Below, in pieces: positions 1 through 8,817 of a DNA stretch of 64,000 bases (the first letter of the stretch is position 1; the number at the start of each line of letters is the position of its first letter). The DNA is taken from positions 1,164,944 to 1,228,943 of the forward strand of contig CAVYJZ010000004.1 of the NCBI GenBank assembly GCA_963768985.1. The letters run 5' to 3'. The notes under the pieces were generated by a model. It ran no database searches, was not told where the DNA came from, and saw only the letters and a list, made by a program, of their open reading frames with translations. The DNA comes from an uncultured delta proteobacterium (GTDB taxonomy: Bacteria > Myxococcota_A > Polyangia > Polyangiales > Houyiibacteriaceae). The translations under genes were made by a program, and so were the position numbers.

Positions 1-177
1 GTAGAACGTGCGCGAGCTCAGCCGGCGCTTCCCGCCGCGGCTATCCTGCACATTCTCCTTCGGGATGAGGATGTTCCCGAAGCGACCCTCCATACCGGCC
101 TGTTTGATTCGCTCTTCCAGCGAGAGCTTCACTTTGTTTTCATAGCCTGAATAGGCCTGGACGACGTACCACTTCAT
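1..177 (-). CDS. nusG: Transcription antitermination factor NusG, N-terminal part (gene runs off the left window edge)
   Basis: Reverse-strand ATG at 177 reads MKWYVVQAYSGYENKVKLSLEERIKQAGMEGRFGNILIPKENV..., a canonical NusG N-terminus. It lies directly downstream of secE as in the conserved secE-nusG unit. It is absent from the ORF track because it is truncated. Confidence 0.9.
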   Translation of the reverse strand, partial: MKWYVVQAYSGYENKVKLSLEERIKQAGMEGRFGNILIPKENVQDSRGGKRRLSSRTFY

Positions 178-182
178 AGGAA

Positions 183-608
183 TCACACGTTGTAAATGAG
201 GTCCGTGATGTGGGACCAAACCGCGTCGTAAACGCCGAGAATTATCGCTGCAATGATGGACACGATGATGACGATGATCGTCTGCGACCAGGTTTCCTTG
301 CGCGTGGGCCAGGCGACCTTGGAAAGCTCGACGCACACTTCGAGGACGAAGGTATGAATCCGCTTGGACCGATAGGCGATGACCGCTGCGATGAACGCGA
401 CCAAACCGGACCCAACGGCGATGGCCGTGGCGTTCGGCTCCGGAACCGCGTCGATGCTGTCGGCCAGCATCGTCCAGACCGCGTTGCTGGACTTGATGAG
501 GAACCAGGCAAGCGCGATTGCGCAGGCCGCGTAGGCGAATTGCACCCACCGTTCGACTCCGAGCGTTCCGGTCGGTCTCGCTTTGTCTTGTTCTGTCGTG
601 ATCGCCAT
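183..608 (-). CDS. secE: Preprotein translocase subunit SecE
   Basis: ORF 183..650. The C-terminal segment KVAWPTRKETWSQTIIVIIVSIIAAIILGVYDAVW is SecE-like. Start moved to ATG 608 (MAITTEQ) because a GAGGAA Shine-Dalgarno lies just upstream and the longer ORF would overlap tRNA-Trp. Confidence 0.9.
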   Translation of the reverse strand: MAITTEQDKARPTGTLGVERWVQFAYAACAIALAWFLIKSSNAVWTMLADSIDAVPEPNATAIAVGSGLVAFIAAVIAYRSKRIHTFVLEVCVELSKVAWPTRKETWSQTIIVIIVSIIAAIILGVYDAVWSHITDLIYNV

Positions 609-623
609 CGTTGTTCCTCGCGG

Positions 624-697
624 CAGGCCAGGAGGGATTCGAACCCACAACCCGCGGATTTGGAATCCGCTGCTCTACCAATTGGAGCTACTGGCCT
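624..697 (-). tRNA. tRNA-Trp (anticodon CCA)
   Basis: Reverse complement AGGCCAGTAGCTCCAATTGGTAGAGCAGCGGATTCCAAATCCGCGGGTTGTGGGTTCGAATCCCTCCTGGCCTG folds as a cloverleaf with a 7-bp acceptor stem, a GGTTCGAATCC T-arm and anticodon CCA. It sits in the classic position between rpmG and secE. CCA tail is not encoded. Confidence 0.93.
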
Positions 698-700
698 GGG

Positions 701-854
701 TTATTTCGTTTCTTTGTGTTCCGTTCGCCGGTTGCAGTGAGGACAGAACTTCTTCAGCGTCAGTCTCTCCCGCAGGCCGGTTTTTCTCAATTTTGTCGTT
801 TGGTAGTTGCGCGCCCCGCACTCCTCGCATGCGAGCGCAACTTTGACTCGTCTA

Positions 855-862
<8 letters not shown>
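701..862 (-). CDS. rpmG: 50S ribosomal protein L33
   Basis: A 54-codon ORF below the track cutoff: (TTG)[52 protein letters not shown]. It has the CxxC...CxxC zinc-ribbon pattern of L33. The TTG start (860-862) overlaps the tuf stop codon. Confidence 0.8.
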
Positions 863-2045
<1,183 letters not shown>

Positions 2046-2106
2046 CGTTCGTTTCCTACTTCGTCGTTCTTTGTGAGGTTGCTTGAGCCTGGCAATGTAC
2101 TCGCGG

Positions 2107-2178
2107 AGCCCAGGATGAGGCTTGAACTCACGACCTCCCCCTTACCAAGGGGGTGCTCTACCACTGAGCTACCTGGGC
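2107..2178 (-). tRNA. tRNA-Thr (anticodon GGT)
   Basis: Reverse complement GCCCAGGTAGCTCAGTGGTAGAGCACCCCCTTGGTAAGGGGGAGGTCGTGAGTTCAAGCCTCATCCTGGGCT. Anticodon stem CCCCC/GGGGG, loop TTGGTAA. Confidence 0.92.
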
Positions 2179-2220
2179 ATAGTCTGATTCGAGTCTCTTT
2201 TCACCTGTGCTGCGGGTCGG

Positions 2221-2293
2221 AGCGGGCGACCGGGCTCGAACCGGCGACATTCAGTTTGGAAAACTGAGGCTCTACCAACTGAGCTACACCCGC
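2221..2293 (-). tRNA. tRNA-Gly (anticodon TCC)
   Basis: Reverse complement GCGGGTGTAGCTCAGTTGGTAGAGCCTCAGTTTTCCAAACTGAATGTCGCCGGTTCGAGCCCGGTCGCCCGCT. Anticodon loop TTTCCAA. Confidence 0.92.
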
Positions 2294-2314
2294 ATATCTT
2301 TGTCGTTTGTCTCC

Positions 2315-2400
2315 TGGTGGAGGGTGGTGGGTTCGAACCACCGTAGGCATAAGCCGGCAGATTTACAGTCTGCTCCCTTTGACCGCTCGGGCAACCCTCC
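2315..2400 (-). tRNA. tRNA-Tyr (anticodon GTA), long variable arm, CCA encoded
   Basis: Reverse complement GGAGGGTTGCCCGAGCGGTCAAAGGGAGCAGACTGTAAATCTGCCGGCTTATGCCTACGGTGGTTCGAACCCACCACCCTCCACCA. Anticodon loop CTGTAAA, class II variable arm. Confidence 0.92.
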
Positions 2401-2425
2401 ATGTTCGTTCCGAAGTTTCCAGTAG

Positions 2426-2498
2426 AGCTGGCGATGAGACTTGAACTCATAACCGCCGGTTTACAAAACCGGTGCTCTACCAGTTGAGCTACGCCAGC
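2426..2498 (-). tRNA. tRNA-Thr (anticodon TGT)
   Basis: Reverse complement GCTGGCGTAGCTCAACTGGTAGAGCACCGGTTTTGTAAACCGGCGGTTATGAGTTCAAGTCTCATCGCCAGCT. Anticodon loop TTTGTAA. The order Thr(TGT)-Tyr-Gly-Thr(GGT)-tuf matches the E. coli thrU-tyrU-glyT-thrT-tufB arrangement. Confidence 0.92.
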
Positions 2499-2513
2499 AT
2501 GACGGCGGCGGCT

Positions 2514-2542
2514 GTACTACGGTCAGGTCCCCGGGAAGTCAA
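2514..2542 (-). promoter_or_regulatory. Candidate sigma-70-type promoter for the tRNA-tuf operon
   Basis: The minus strand reads TTGACT (2542-2537), a 17-nt spacer, then TAGTAC (2519-2514), about 15 nt upstream of the first tRNA 5' end. Motif reading only. Confidence 0.4.
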
Positions 2543-2554
2543 GGGAATCAGGGC

Positions 2555-2956
2555 TCACAAGCCAGCCGATGGCGGCTCGCAGGCCTTTCGGTCATTTCGC
2601 GGGTCGACGAAGGTGATGCTGCCCACGCAGTTCGCTGCGTTCGCGACCGAACGGTTGTAATTGCAGTCGGGTTTGTCCTGGCACACCCTGAAGCAGTACT
2701 GGTTGCCGTCATCGTGGGCGACGCAGGCGGACCCGTCGGGGCAGTCGAGATCGCTCGTGCAACCCTCCAGACCACAGTAGCCCCCGGTGAACTGGGTCAG
2801 GCATTCGAGCTCGATGCCCATGACAGACGGACAATCCGTGGACGCGGCGCACTGCGCGCCGACGCCGATCCGGTCCGCCTCCGTGGCTCCGTCACCACAG
2901 CCCCCGGCGACACCAATCCAGATGAACCCCACAAGAACATACATTGACTTACACAT
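2555..2956 (-). CDS. Cysteine-rich secreted lipoprotein (hypothetical)
   Basis: 133 aa with signal peptide plus lipobox-like MYVLVGFIWIGVAGGC, then 14 further Cys in CxxxxDC...C spacing (CAASTDCPS..., CTSDLDCPDGSAC). Overlaps the upstream GGDEF gene by 8 nt. Confidence 0.7.
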   Translation of the reverse strand: MCKSMYVLVGFIWIGVAGGCGDGATEADRIGVGAQCAASTDCPSVMGIELECLTQFTGGYCGLEGCTSDLDCPDGSACVAHDDGNQYCFRVCQDKPDCNYNRSVANAANCVGSITFVDPRNDRKACEPPSAGL

Positions 2957-4214
2957 GACTACCTACCATTCGATCACCCTGGGGCTGAATGCCGCTGATC
3001 CGGTTCCGCCCCTTGGCTTTTGCTGCGTACATAGCGCGATCGGAAGCTTGGAGGAGCCGATCGAGGTCCGCTCCATGGTCCGGAAAGGCGGCGACTCCGA
3101 CGCTGGCGGTGACCGAGACGTACGGCGCTTCGGGAATTTTCATCTGCTCCACGGCCGCGCGGCAGCGCTCGGCCGCACCCATCGCTTGCTTCAAATCTGC
3201 GCCCGGCAGGAGGACGACGAACTCCTCCCCGCCGAATCGACCGACGATGTCACCCGTTCGCAACGTCGACTGCACGGCGTTAGCGGTTTGCTTGAGAACC
3301 AAATCGCCACAGGCGTGTCCGTGGGCATCATTGATCCGCTTGAAGTGATCGAGGTCGAGCATCAGTACACTCAATGTCTTTGCGTCGCTGCTCGCTTTGA
3401 GCACCGCACGCTGCATCAGCTCCAGCGCGAAGCCGCGGGTGTAGGCGCCTGTCAACGAATCGAACTGGGCAGCCTGGTAGAGACTTCGTTCGTCCTGGCG
3501 CCAGGCCCCAATCAAGTGGTCCATCAGAACCGCAAGCGGCACGTAGATGAGTGCGGCGGCGGCGGCGCGCCCGACGGCGATCTTGGCTAGGTCCGGCTCC
3601 CCGAGCGATGGGTGGAACAAGGAAAGGAAGGGAACCGCCCCAGCCTTGCTTGCAAAGTGCATCGCAAACATCGCGAGAAACCAGCCGATGACCGCGATCC
3701 AAAGCCAACGACGCTCGAGAAGCACCATCCCCAAGAGCAGAGCAGCGACCATGATCAGCCCGCTCGCCGCCGTATAGGGACCGATCGCATAGCAAACGGC
3801 CGTACCGGTGATGATCTGCGCCACGATGGTGCCGAAGAGCAGCCACGAGAAAGTCGTGCCCGTGCGCGGGTACCATCTCCAGGTCCAGATGTAGAGCCCC
3901 AGCCAGAACACCGAGGCCGCGACGGCGAGCCGCGTCGTGGTCTGTAGAGCCGCTTCGTCCTCAGGAGGCGCGAGCAGGAATGGCCAGCCCTGAAGCGCAG
4001 CGAAGCAGAAGGTCACGATGACCATCAGGAGCACGGTCAGGAACTGTACGTAAAGCGCTCGGTCTCGGGAGCTCCAGCCGAAGGGCGAGCCGGTGGGAAG
4101 CAACGACTCGCCGAATGGGATGATCGACTTCCGAGGCTCTGCGCGCACCTGGCTCCGCGCGTGATGCGACGACGGGCGAGCGCTCCGTGGGTCGCTGTGC
4201 AAATCGCTCTCCAT
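2949..4214 (-). CDS. Membrane-bound diguanylate cyclase (GGDEF domain)
   Basis: 421 aa. The N-terminal half holds about 6 hydrophobic helices. The C-terminal GGDEF domain has an intact active site RFGGEEFVVLL and an RxxD inhibitory site (RTGD) exactly 5 residues upstream. Confidence 0.9.
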   Translation of the reverse strand: MESDLHSDPRSARPSSHHARSQVRAEPRKSIIPFGESLLPTGSPFGWSSRDRALYVQFLTVLLMVIVTFCFAALQGWPFLLAPPEDEAALQTTTRLAVAASVFWLGLYIWTWRWYPRTGTTFSWLLFGTIVAQIITGTAVCYAIGPYTAASGLIMVAALLLGMVLLERRWLWIAVIGWFLAMFAMHFASKAGAVPFLSLFHPSLGEPDLAKIAVGRAAAAALIYVPLAVLMDHLIGAWRQDERSLYQAAQFDSLTGAYTRGFALELMQRAVLKASSDAKTLSVLMLDLDHFKRINDAHGHACGDLVLKQTANAVQSTLRTGDIVGRFGGEEFVVLLPGADLKQAMGAAERCRAAVEQMKIPEAPYVSVTASVGVAAFPDHGADLDRLLQASDRAMYAAKAKGRNRISGIQPQGDRMVGSHV

Positions 4215-4255
4215 GTTCCCCCTTTCAGGGTAGCAACTCAGGAAGCAGAGTGTTC

Positions 4256-4624
4256 TCAGGCCGCGTCGTGAACGCCTACCGGCCGGGTCGCCAGCACGAG
4301 CTCTCGAACCCGAACCCAGCGTCGAAGCGCGCGCCAGTGGGCATTGGCCATGGCCAAGAAACGGATCGAGGTGTCGTTGAAGAGAGAGCCCACCGTATCG
4401 CGAACCACCTCGGCACCGACCCAGAGGGGCTCGGGCTCACCTGGGAGGAGCAGCTGAATCTGAACCCGATCTCGGCACCGGTTTCCCAGGATGGCAAGTG
4501 AGTCGAGGACCAAGCCCTGCTCACTGATGCTGGTCACAAATGCGGGCATCACCTCCTCGTCGGCGACGAGCTCCGCATACAGCGCGACCGGAACTAAAAT
4601 CTCACGGTGCGCACCTAACCACAT
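4256..4624 (-). CDS. PilZ-like domain protein (degenerate c-di-GMP motifs)
   Basis: 122 aa. The pattern HREILVPVAL...(20 aa)...VTSISEQGLVLDS resembles the PilZ RxxxR...(D/N)xSxxG layout, but the second Arg and the D/N are missing. Lies 41 nt upstream of the GGDEF gene on the same strand. Confidence 0.5.
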   Translation of the reverse strand: MWLGAHREILVPVALYAELVADEEVMPAFVTSISEQGLVLDSLAILGNRCRDRVQIQLLLPGEPEPLWVGAEVVRDTVGSLFNDTSIRFLAMANAHWRALRRWVRVRELVLATRPVGVHDAA

Positions 4625-4656
4625 CGCCCTCGACGCTACGTGGTGGCACCAGGCCT

Positions 4657-4672
4657 AGCAAAAAACTTGCCG
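4657..4672 (-). promoter_or_regulatory. Candidate sigma-54 (-24/-12) promoter for the PilZ-like/GGDEF/lipoprotein operon
   Basis: The minus strand reads CGGCAAG-TTTT-TTGCT. GG and GC are spaced exactly as in the TGGCACG-N4-TTGCW consensus. It lies about 33 nt upstream of the PilZ-like start, which has a GAGGG RBS. Confidence 0.33.
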
Positions 4673-4707
4673 GACCCGCTGTGCCGCCAAACCGGTATGA
4701 TTTCGGG

Positions 4708-5286
4708 GTGCTCGGCCCCACCCTCACCCTTGCCGCATACCTCCTTGGCTCGATCTCGTTCGGGTTGCTGCTCGCAGGCAGGGAGGGCGTCGACTTGCGC
4801 AGCATCGGAAGCGGCAACATCGGCGCCACCAACGTCGGCCGTGCGCTCGGAAAATCCAGGGGCAGACAGGTCATGCTCCTCGACATGCTCAAGGGCTTCA
4901 TACCGGTCGCGCTAGCCCGTTGGGTGCTCGACCTCTCTTGGCCGTGGGTGACCGCTGTCGGTATCGCCGCGGTGCTGGGCCACGTCCTTCCGATCTGGCA
5001 CGGATTTCGAGGCGGAAAAGGGGCTGCGACGGCTGGGGGGGTGTTGCTCGCCGCCCTTCCGCCGATCGGCGCTGCGACGTCGGTCACTTTCGTAATCGTC
5101 AAGAAGCTCAGTCGGCGGGCAAGCGTGGCATCGCTCTGCTCCGCAACCGCTGCGCCCGTCCTCGCGCTGCTGTTCGACGGGCGCCAATGGCCTGTTCTGC
5201 TCGCGCTCGGACTCTGGCTCATCGTTGTGATCCGTCACTCCGCGAACATCGCGCGGCTTCTGCGAGGAGAGGAGCCACCGGGCTAG
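4708..5286 (+). CDS. plsY: Glycerol-3-phosphate acyltransferase PlsY
   Basis: ORF 4540..5286 contains GSISFGLLLAGREGVDLRSIGSGNIGATNVGRALG...MLLDMLKGFIPV, the PlsY signature. Start moved to the in-frame GTG at 4708 (VLGPTLTLAAYLLGSISFG), because the longer ORF overlaps the divergent PilZ-like gene and adds an Arg/Pro-rich non-homologous extension. Confidence 0.85.
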   Translation: MLGPTLTLAAYLLGSISFGLLLAGREGVDLRSIGSGNIGATNVGRALGKSRGRQVMLLDMLKGFIPVALARWVLDLSWPWVTAVGIAAVLGHVLPIWHGFRGGKGAATAGGVLLAALPPIGAATSVTFVIVKKLSRRASVASLCSATAAPVLALLFDGRQWPVLLALGLWLIVVIRHSANIARLLRGEEPPG

Positions 5287-5327
5287 GCCTGGTTTGACGG
5301 AAAGCCCGCCGGTGTGATACCGCGAAC

Positions 5328-5345
5328 TGAATGGCGGTTCATTCA
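5328..5345. promoter_or_regulatory. Inverted repeat TGAATG-N6-CATTCA, candidate TetR/FadR-type operator
   Basis: TGAATGGCGGTTCATTCA is a perfect 6-bp inverted repeat spanning the TetR gene start codons (ATG 5331 / ATG 5346). From memory, the half-sites resemble the Bacillus FadR(YsiA) box TGAATGA...TCATTCA. Confidence 0.4.
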
Positions 5346-5948
5346 ATGGTGAACAAGCGTAAAGCAGCTGGGCCGGACAAGCGGGCTCGCATCCTCAAGG
5401 CCGCAATCAAAGTCTTCGCCAAGAACGGTTTCTACGCGACTCGGGTCAGCGACATCGCGAAGGCTGCCGGGGTCGCCGACGGGACAATTTATCTCTACTT
5501 CAAGAACAAAGACGATGTCCTCATTACGATTTTCGAGGAGGGGATCAGTCAACTTCTGACGATTCTTCGCGAAGTCGGTGAATCGAATGAGCCCTTTGAA
5601 ACCCGAATCAGCCGCATCATCGAGCTGCAGCTCGGCCTTCTCGAAGAGCAGCGCGACCTCGCCGAAGTGATCACTGTCAACCTGCGTCAGTCGTCCCGCC
5701 TACTGAAGCAGTACGCTGCGCCCTTGTTCATGCAATACATCGACGTGATCGCAGGCGTGGTTCGTGAAGGACAGGAGGAAGGCGCGTTTCGCGGAGACCT
5801 CAACCCCCGGGTCGTGGCGCGCAGTCTCTTCGGGGCGCTCGATGCGATTCTTCTGACCTGGGCACTGGGAGAAGGGGACCCTGTCGCGCTGCGAAAAGCC
5901 GCCGCGCACTGCGCGAGTCTGTTTCTCGAAGGTCTGAGAAGACGCTGA
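5331..5948 (+). CDS. TetR family transcriptional regulator, FadR/YsiA-like
   Basis: 205 aa. The N-terminal HTH region ARILKAAIKVFAKNGFYATRVSDIAKAAGVADGTIYLYFKNKDDVLITIF is very close to the Bacillus fatty-acid-degradation repressor FadR(YsiA) N-terminus. The start may be ATG 5346. Confidence 0.88.
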   Translation: MAVHSMVNKRKAAGPDKRARILKAAIKVFAKNGFYATRVSDIAKAAGVADGTIYLYFKNKDDVLITIFEEGISQLLTILREVGESNEPFETRISRIIELQLGLLEEQRDLAEVITVNLRQSSRLLKQYAAPLFMQYIDVIAGVVREGQEEGAFRGDLNPRVVARSLFGALDAILLTWALGEGDPVALRKAAAHCASLFLEGLRRR

Positions 5949-5979
5949 GGGGGTCGTTGAGGGAAGCTCGAGCGATGCC

Positions 5980-6813
5980 ATGAAGTCCCCAAATGCACAT
6001 CAAGACTGGCGGGCACCGTATGACGCCGATGGGTATGTCATCCTGGAGGGGCTACTCAGCGACGCGGAGCTGAAGAAGGTTCGCGAGGATCTCGCGCGGC
6101 TCCTTGACCGAGGCCCTCGGGGCCGAAACGACTTCGAGGGAACGAAGACTCAGCGCGTCTACACCCTGGTGGGTCGAGGCAAGACGTTTGAGCGGCTGGT
6201 CGAGCACCCAACGATCCTATCGATCGCCGACGAGCTACTGCTGCCGAACTACCTGCTTACCGCGAGTCAGGCGATCGCGATTTCGCCCGGAGAGAGCCCC
6301 CAGCCCGCGCACACCGACGACTCGTTCTATACCATCCCGCGGCCGCGGCCGGCGATTAGCGTGTCGACCATCTGGGCGATCGACGAGTTCACCGAGGACA
6401 ATGGAGCAACCGAAGTGATCCCCGGGAGCCACCGTTGGGGCGATGAGCAGCTCGTAGACATGTACGAGGGCGACGATGCGATCACATTGGCTCCGCAGTA
6501 CCGACCGCTTCTGAGACCGCTGCGGATGCCGGCAGGGGCTTGCGCCGTGTTTGCCGGCACACTGGTGCACCGCGGAGGGCAGAATCGTTCCCAAGGCGTG
6601 CGAACCGCGATCAGCAATCAGTACTGTGAACCCTGGGCGCGTCAGCAGGAGAACTTCTTTTTGGCGATCCCGAAGGAAAGGGCGGCCACGATGTCACCCC
6701 GTGTCCAGAGCCTGTTGGGCTATTCGGTCCATCCTCCTTTCATGGGGCAGGTAACCGCGCGCCACCCCCGCAAGGTATTGGACCCCGCGTTCGTCAATCC
6801 CCTCGACAATTGA
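5980..6813 (+). CDS. Phytanoyl-CoA dioxygenase (PhyH) family Fe(II)/2-oxoglutarate oxygenase
   Basis: 277 aa. HxD...H facial triad (PAHTDDSFY ... GTLVHRGGQNRS) and overall PhyH-like layout. Lies 31 nt after the TetR gene. Confidence 0.8.
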   Translation: MKSPNAHQDWRAPYDADGYVILEGLLSDAELKKVREDLARLLDRGPRGRNDFEGTKTQRVYTLVGRGKTFERLVEHPTILSIADELLLPNYLLTASQAIAISPGESPQPAHTDDSFYTIPRPRPAISVSTIWAIDEFTEDNGATEVIPGSHRWGDEQLVDMYEGDDAITLAPQYRPLLRPLRMPAGACAVFAGTLVHRGGQNRSQGVRTAISNQYCEPWARQQENFFLAIPKERAATMSPRVQSLLGYSVHPPFMGQVTARHPRKVLDPAFVNPLDN

Positions 6814-8384
6814 TGGACTACGACGTCATCATCATTGGTAGCGGCTTCGGTGGCTCTGTTCCGGCGCTCCGACTGAGCGAGAAGGGCTACCGCGTGGCCG
6901 TTCTCGAACAGGGTCGCAGGGTTTCTGCGGACGACATGCGCGCGGCGGATCGAAGCCTGCGGCGCTTGTTTTGGATTCCGAGGTTCGGTTTCCGCGGGTT
7001 CTTCGTGCAGCACTTCTTCAAGCACGTCGGCATCGTGGGTGGCGTCGGCGTAGGCGGCGGGAGCCTGGTGTATGCAGCAGTGCTGCTGAAGCCCGGCGAC
7101 TCGTTCTTCGAGGACCGCGCGTGGGCCGAGCTCGGGATCGATTGGAAGCGAGAGCTCGAAACCCCCTTTGAAACCGCGGCGGCGATGCTCGGACGAACGC
7201 CCAACCCGGACCACGCAAAGATGGACGACTGGCTACAGGCCACCGCAATCGCCATGGGGGCCGGCGACACCTTTGGTCCGGTGCCCCAAGGGATTTACTT
7301 CGGCGAAGCCGGAAAGACCGTCGCCGATCCGTTTTTCGAAGGGCGCGGTCCCGAACGGACTGGCTGCACGCGCTGCGGTGGATGCCTGACCGGTTGTAGC
7401 GTCGGCTCGAAGAACAGTCTCGACCGGAACTACCTCTACTTGGCGGAAAAGCTCGGAGCGAAGATCTTCTCGGAACGCAAGGCGGTTTCGATCCGGCCGC
7501 TCGAAAGCCGTGGTTACGAGGTTCAAACGGTCAATCCCCTGAATCTGCGGGAAAAACATCCAACCATCCGCGCCCAACACGTGATCGTTGCCGCCGGAGT
7601 CGTGGGAACGTTGGATCTCTTGTTCAAGTGCAGGGACGAACTTCGAACCTTGCCGAAGATTTCACCTGCGCTCGGCGACGCGGTGAGAACCAACAGTGAA
7701 GCGATCGTCGCGGCGCTATCGCCGAACCCGGACGAAGATCTCACCAGTGGTGCGGCTATTTCGTCCCACTTCTACGCCAACGCACATACGCACATCACTC
7801 AGAATCGTTTCCCCCGAGGCTACGACTTCATGCGGTGGTATATGGGACCGCTTACCGATGGTGCCGGTGCATTCAGCCGGGCGCTGCGAACCGTTGCGGG
7901 AATCGCATTTCATCCCGTGCGAACAGCTCGCACATTGTTTGCCCGCAACTGGCACAAGCGCATCACGGTGCTCACCGTAATGCAGAATCTCGACAGCCGA
8001 ATCGCGTTCCGGCGTGGACGCAGGCTGTTGTGGCCGTTCAGCCTCCGTCTGCACTCGAGGTCGGGCCCCGACGGAGCCACACCTGCGTACATTCCCGAGG
8101 CCAACGAAGCGGCGCGGCAGCTCGCGACACACATCGGTGGAACGCCACTCAACAACGTGCTCGAGAGCATTGGGAACGCCTCCGTGACGGCGCATATACT
8201 GGGCGGTTGCGCGATCGCAGCGGCGCCGGAAGCGGGTGTGATCGACAGCGATCATCAGGTATTCGGCTACCCAGGGCTCTTCGTAACCGATGCGTCTGCC
8301 ATCCCGGCGAACGTTGGCGTGAATCCGTCCCTCACGATCACTGCGCTCGCCGAACGCTTCAGCGCTCGTTTTCCATCGAAGTAA
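6810..8384 (+). CDS. GMC family FAD-dependent oxidoreductase (cholesterol-oxidase/alcohol-oxidase-like)
   Basis: 524 aa. N-terminal Rossmann motif DVIIIGSGFGGSVPALRLSEKGYRVAVLEQG and a C-terminal GMC region (HILGGC...DASAIPANVGVNPSLTI). ATGA start/stop overlap with the PhyH gene. Confidence 0.85.
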   Translation: MMDYDVIIIGSGFGGSVPALRLSEKGYRVAVLEQGRRVSADDMRAADRSLRRLFWIPRFGFRGFFVQHFFKHVGIVGGVGVGGGSLVYAAVLLKPGDSFFEDRAWAELGIDWKRELETPFETAAAMLGRTPNPDHAKMDDWLQATAIAMGAGDTFGPVPQGIYFGEAGKTVADPFFEGRGPERTGCTRCGGCLTGCSVGSKNSLDRNYLYLAEKLGAKIFSERKAVSIRPLESRGYEVQTVNPLNLREKHPTIRAQHVIVAAGVVGTLDLLFKCRDELRTLPKISPALGDAVRTNSEAIVAALSPNPDEDLTSGAAISSHFYANAHTHITQNRFPRGYDFMRWYMGPLTDGAGAFSRALRTVAGIAFHPVRTARTLFARNWHKRITVLTVMQNLDSRIAFRRGRRLLWPFSLRLHSRSGPDGATPAYIPEANEAARQLATHIGGTPLNNVLESIGNASVTAHILGGCAIAAAPEAGVIDSDHQVFGYPGLFVTDASAIPANVGVNPSLTITALAERFSARFPSK

Positions 8385-8426
8385 AGCGACGAGAAGTAAC
8401 TCGGCACCTTCACCGAATAGAGGCTG

Positions 8427-8723
8427 CTATGTCCCTGTCGGATAGCAAGGGCCCTCGTTGCGGATCCGGACTCCAGCCATGTCTGCAAAGCACAGGTTCT
8501 GGTACTCCTGGTTATCGCATCCGCATACCGGGGCGTCTGTGGCGGGGCATGTGGTCGGCCGCTCCGTGCATGTGCCAAACCCATTCTCGCACAAGCCGGT
8601 GGCGCACAATTCCGTTTCCGCACAATCGGCGTTGGACCGACAGGCGCCATCCAGTCCGCTGGGGCTCCCACATCCGTGAACGAACGCGCAGATAGTGATG
8701 AAGGGCAGCACGCGAAACGACAT
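8427..8723 (-). CDS. Secreted lipoprotein with Kazal-type protease-inhibitor-like domain
   Basis: 98 aa with signal/lipobox ITICAFVHGC. The C-terminal CTERPTTCPATDAPVCGCDNQEYQNLCFADMAGVRIRNEGPC fits the Kazal pattern C-x6-C-x6-VCG-x4-Y-xN-xC-x14-C. Confidence 0.7.
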   Translation of the reverse strand: MSFRVLPFITICAFVHGCGSPSGLDGACRSNADCAETELCATGLCENGFGTCTERPTTCPATDAPVCGCDNQEYQNLCFADMAGVRIRNEGPCYPTGT

Positions 8724-8817
8724 GGGGCCCTACGTTAGCCCAGCGGTGGGCGCGCCGCAGGCTCCTTCTCGGTGATTTGACACAATTGTCTTGGAAAGGT
8801 TGCCATCCCGTTACTCG

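Noticed and set aside
4644-4660. Plus-strand sigma-54-like motif TGGCACC-AGGCC-TAGCA upstream of plsY.
   Set aside because: The GG-to-GC spacing is one nucleotide too long (13 instead of 12) and the -12 element is TAGC, not TTGC. It is partly the reverse complement of the better-spaced minus-strand motif.
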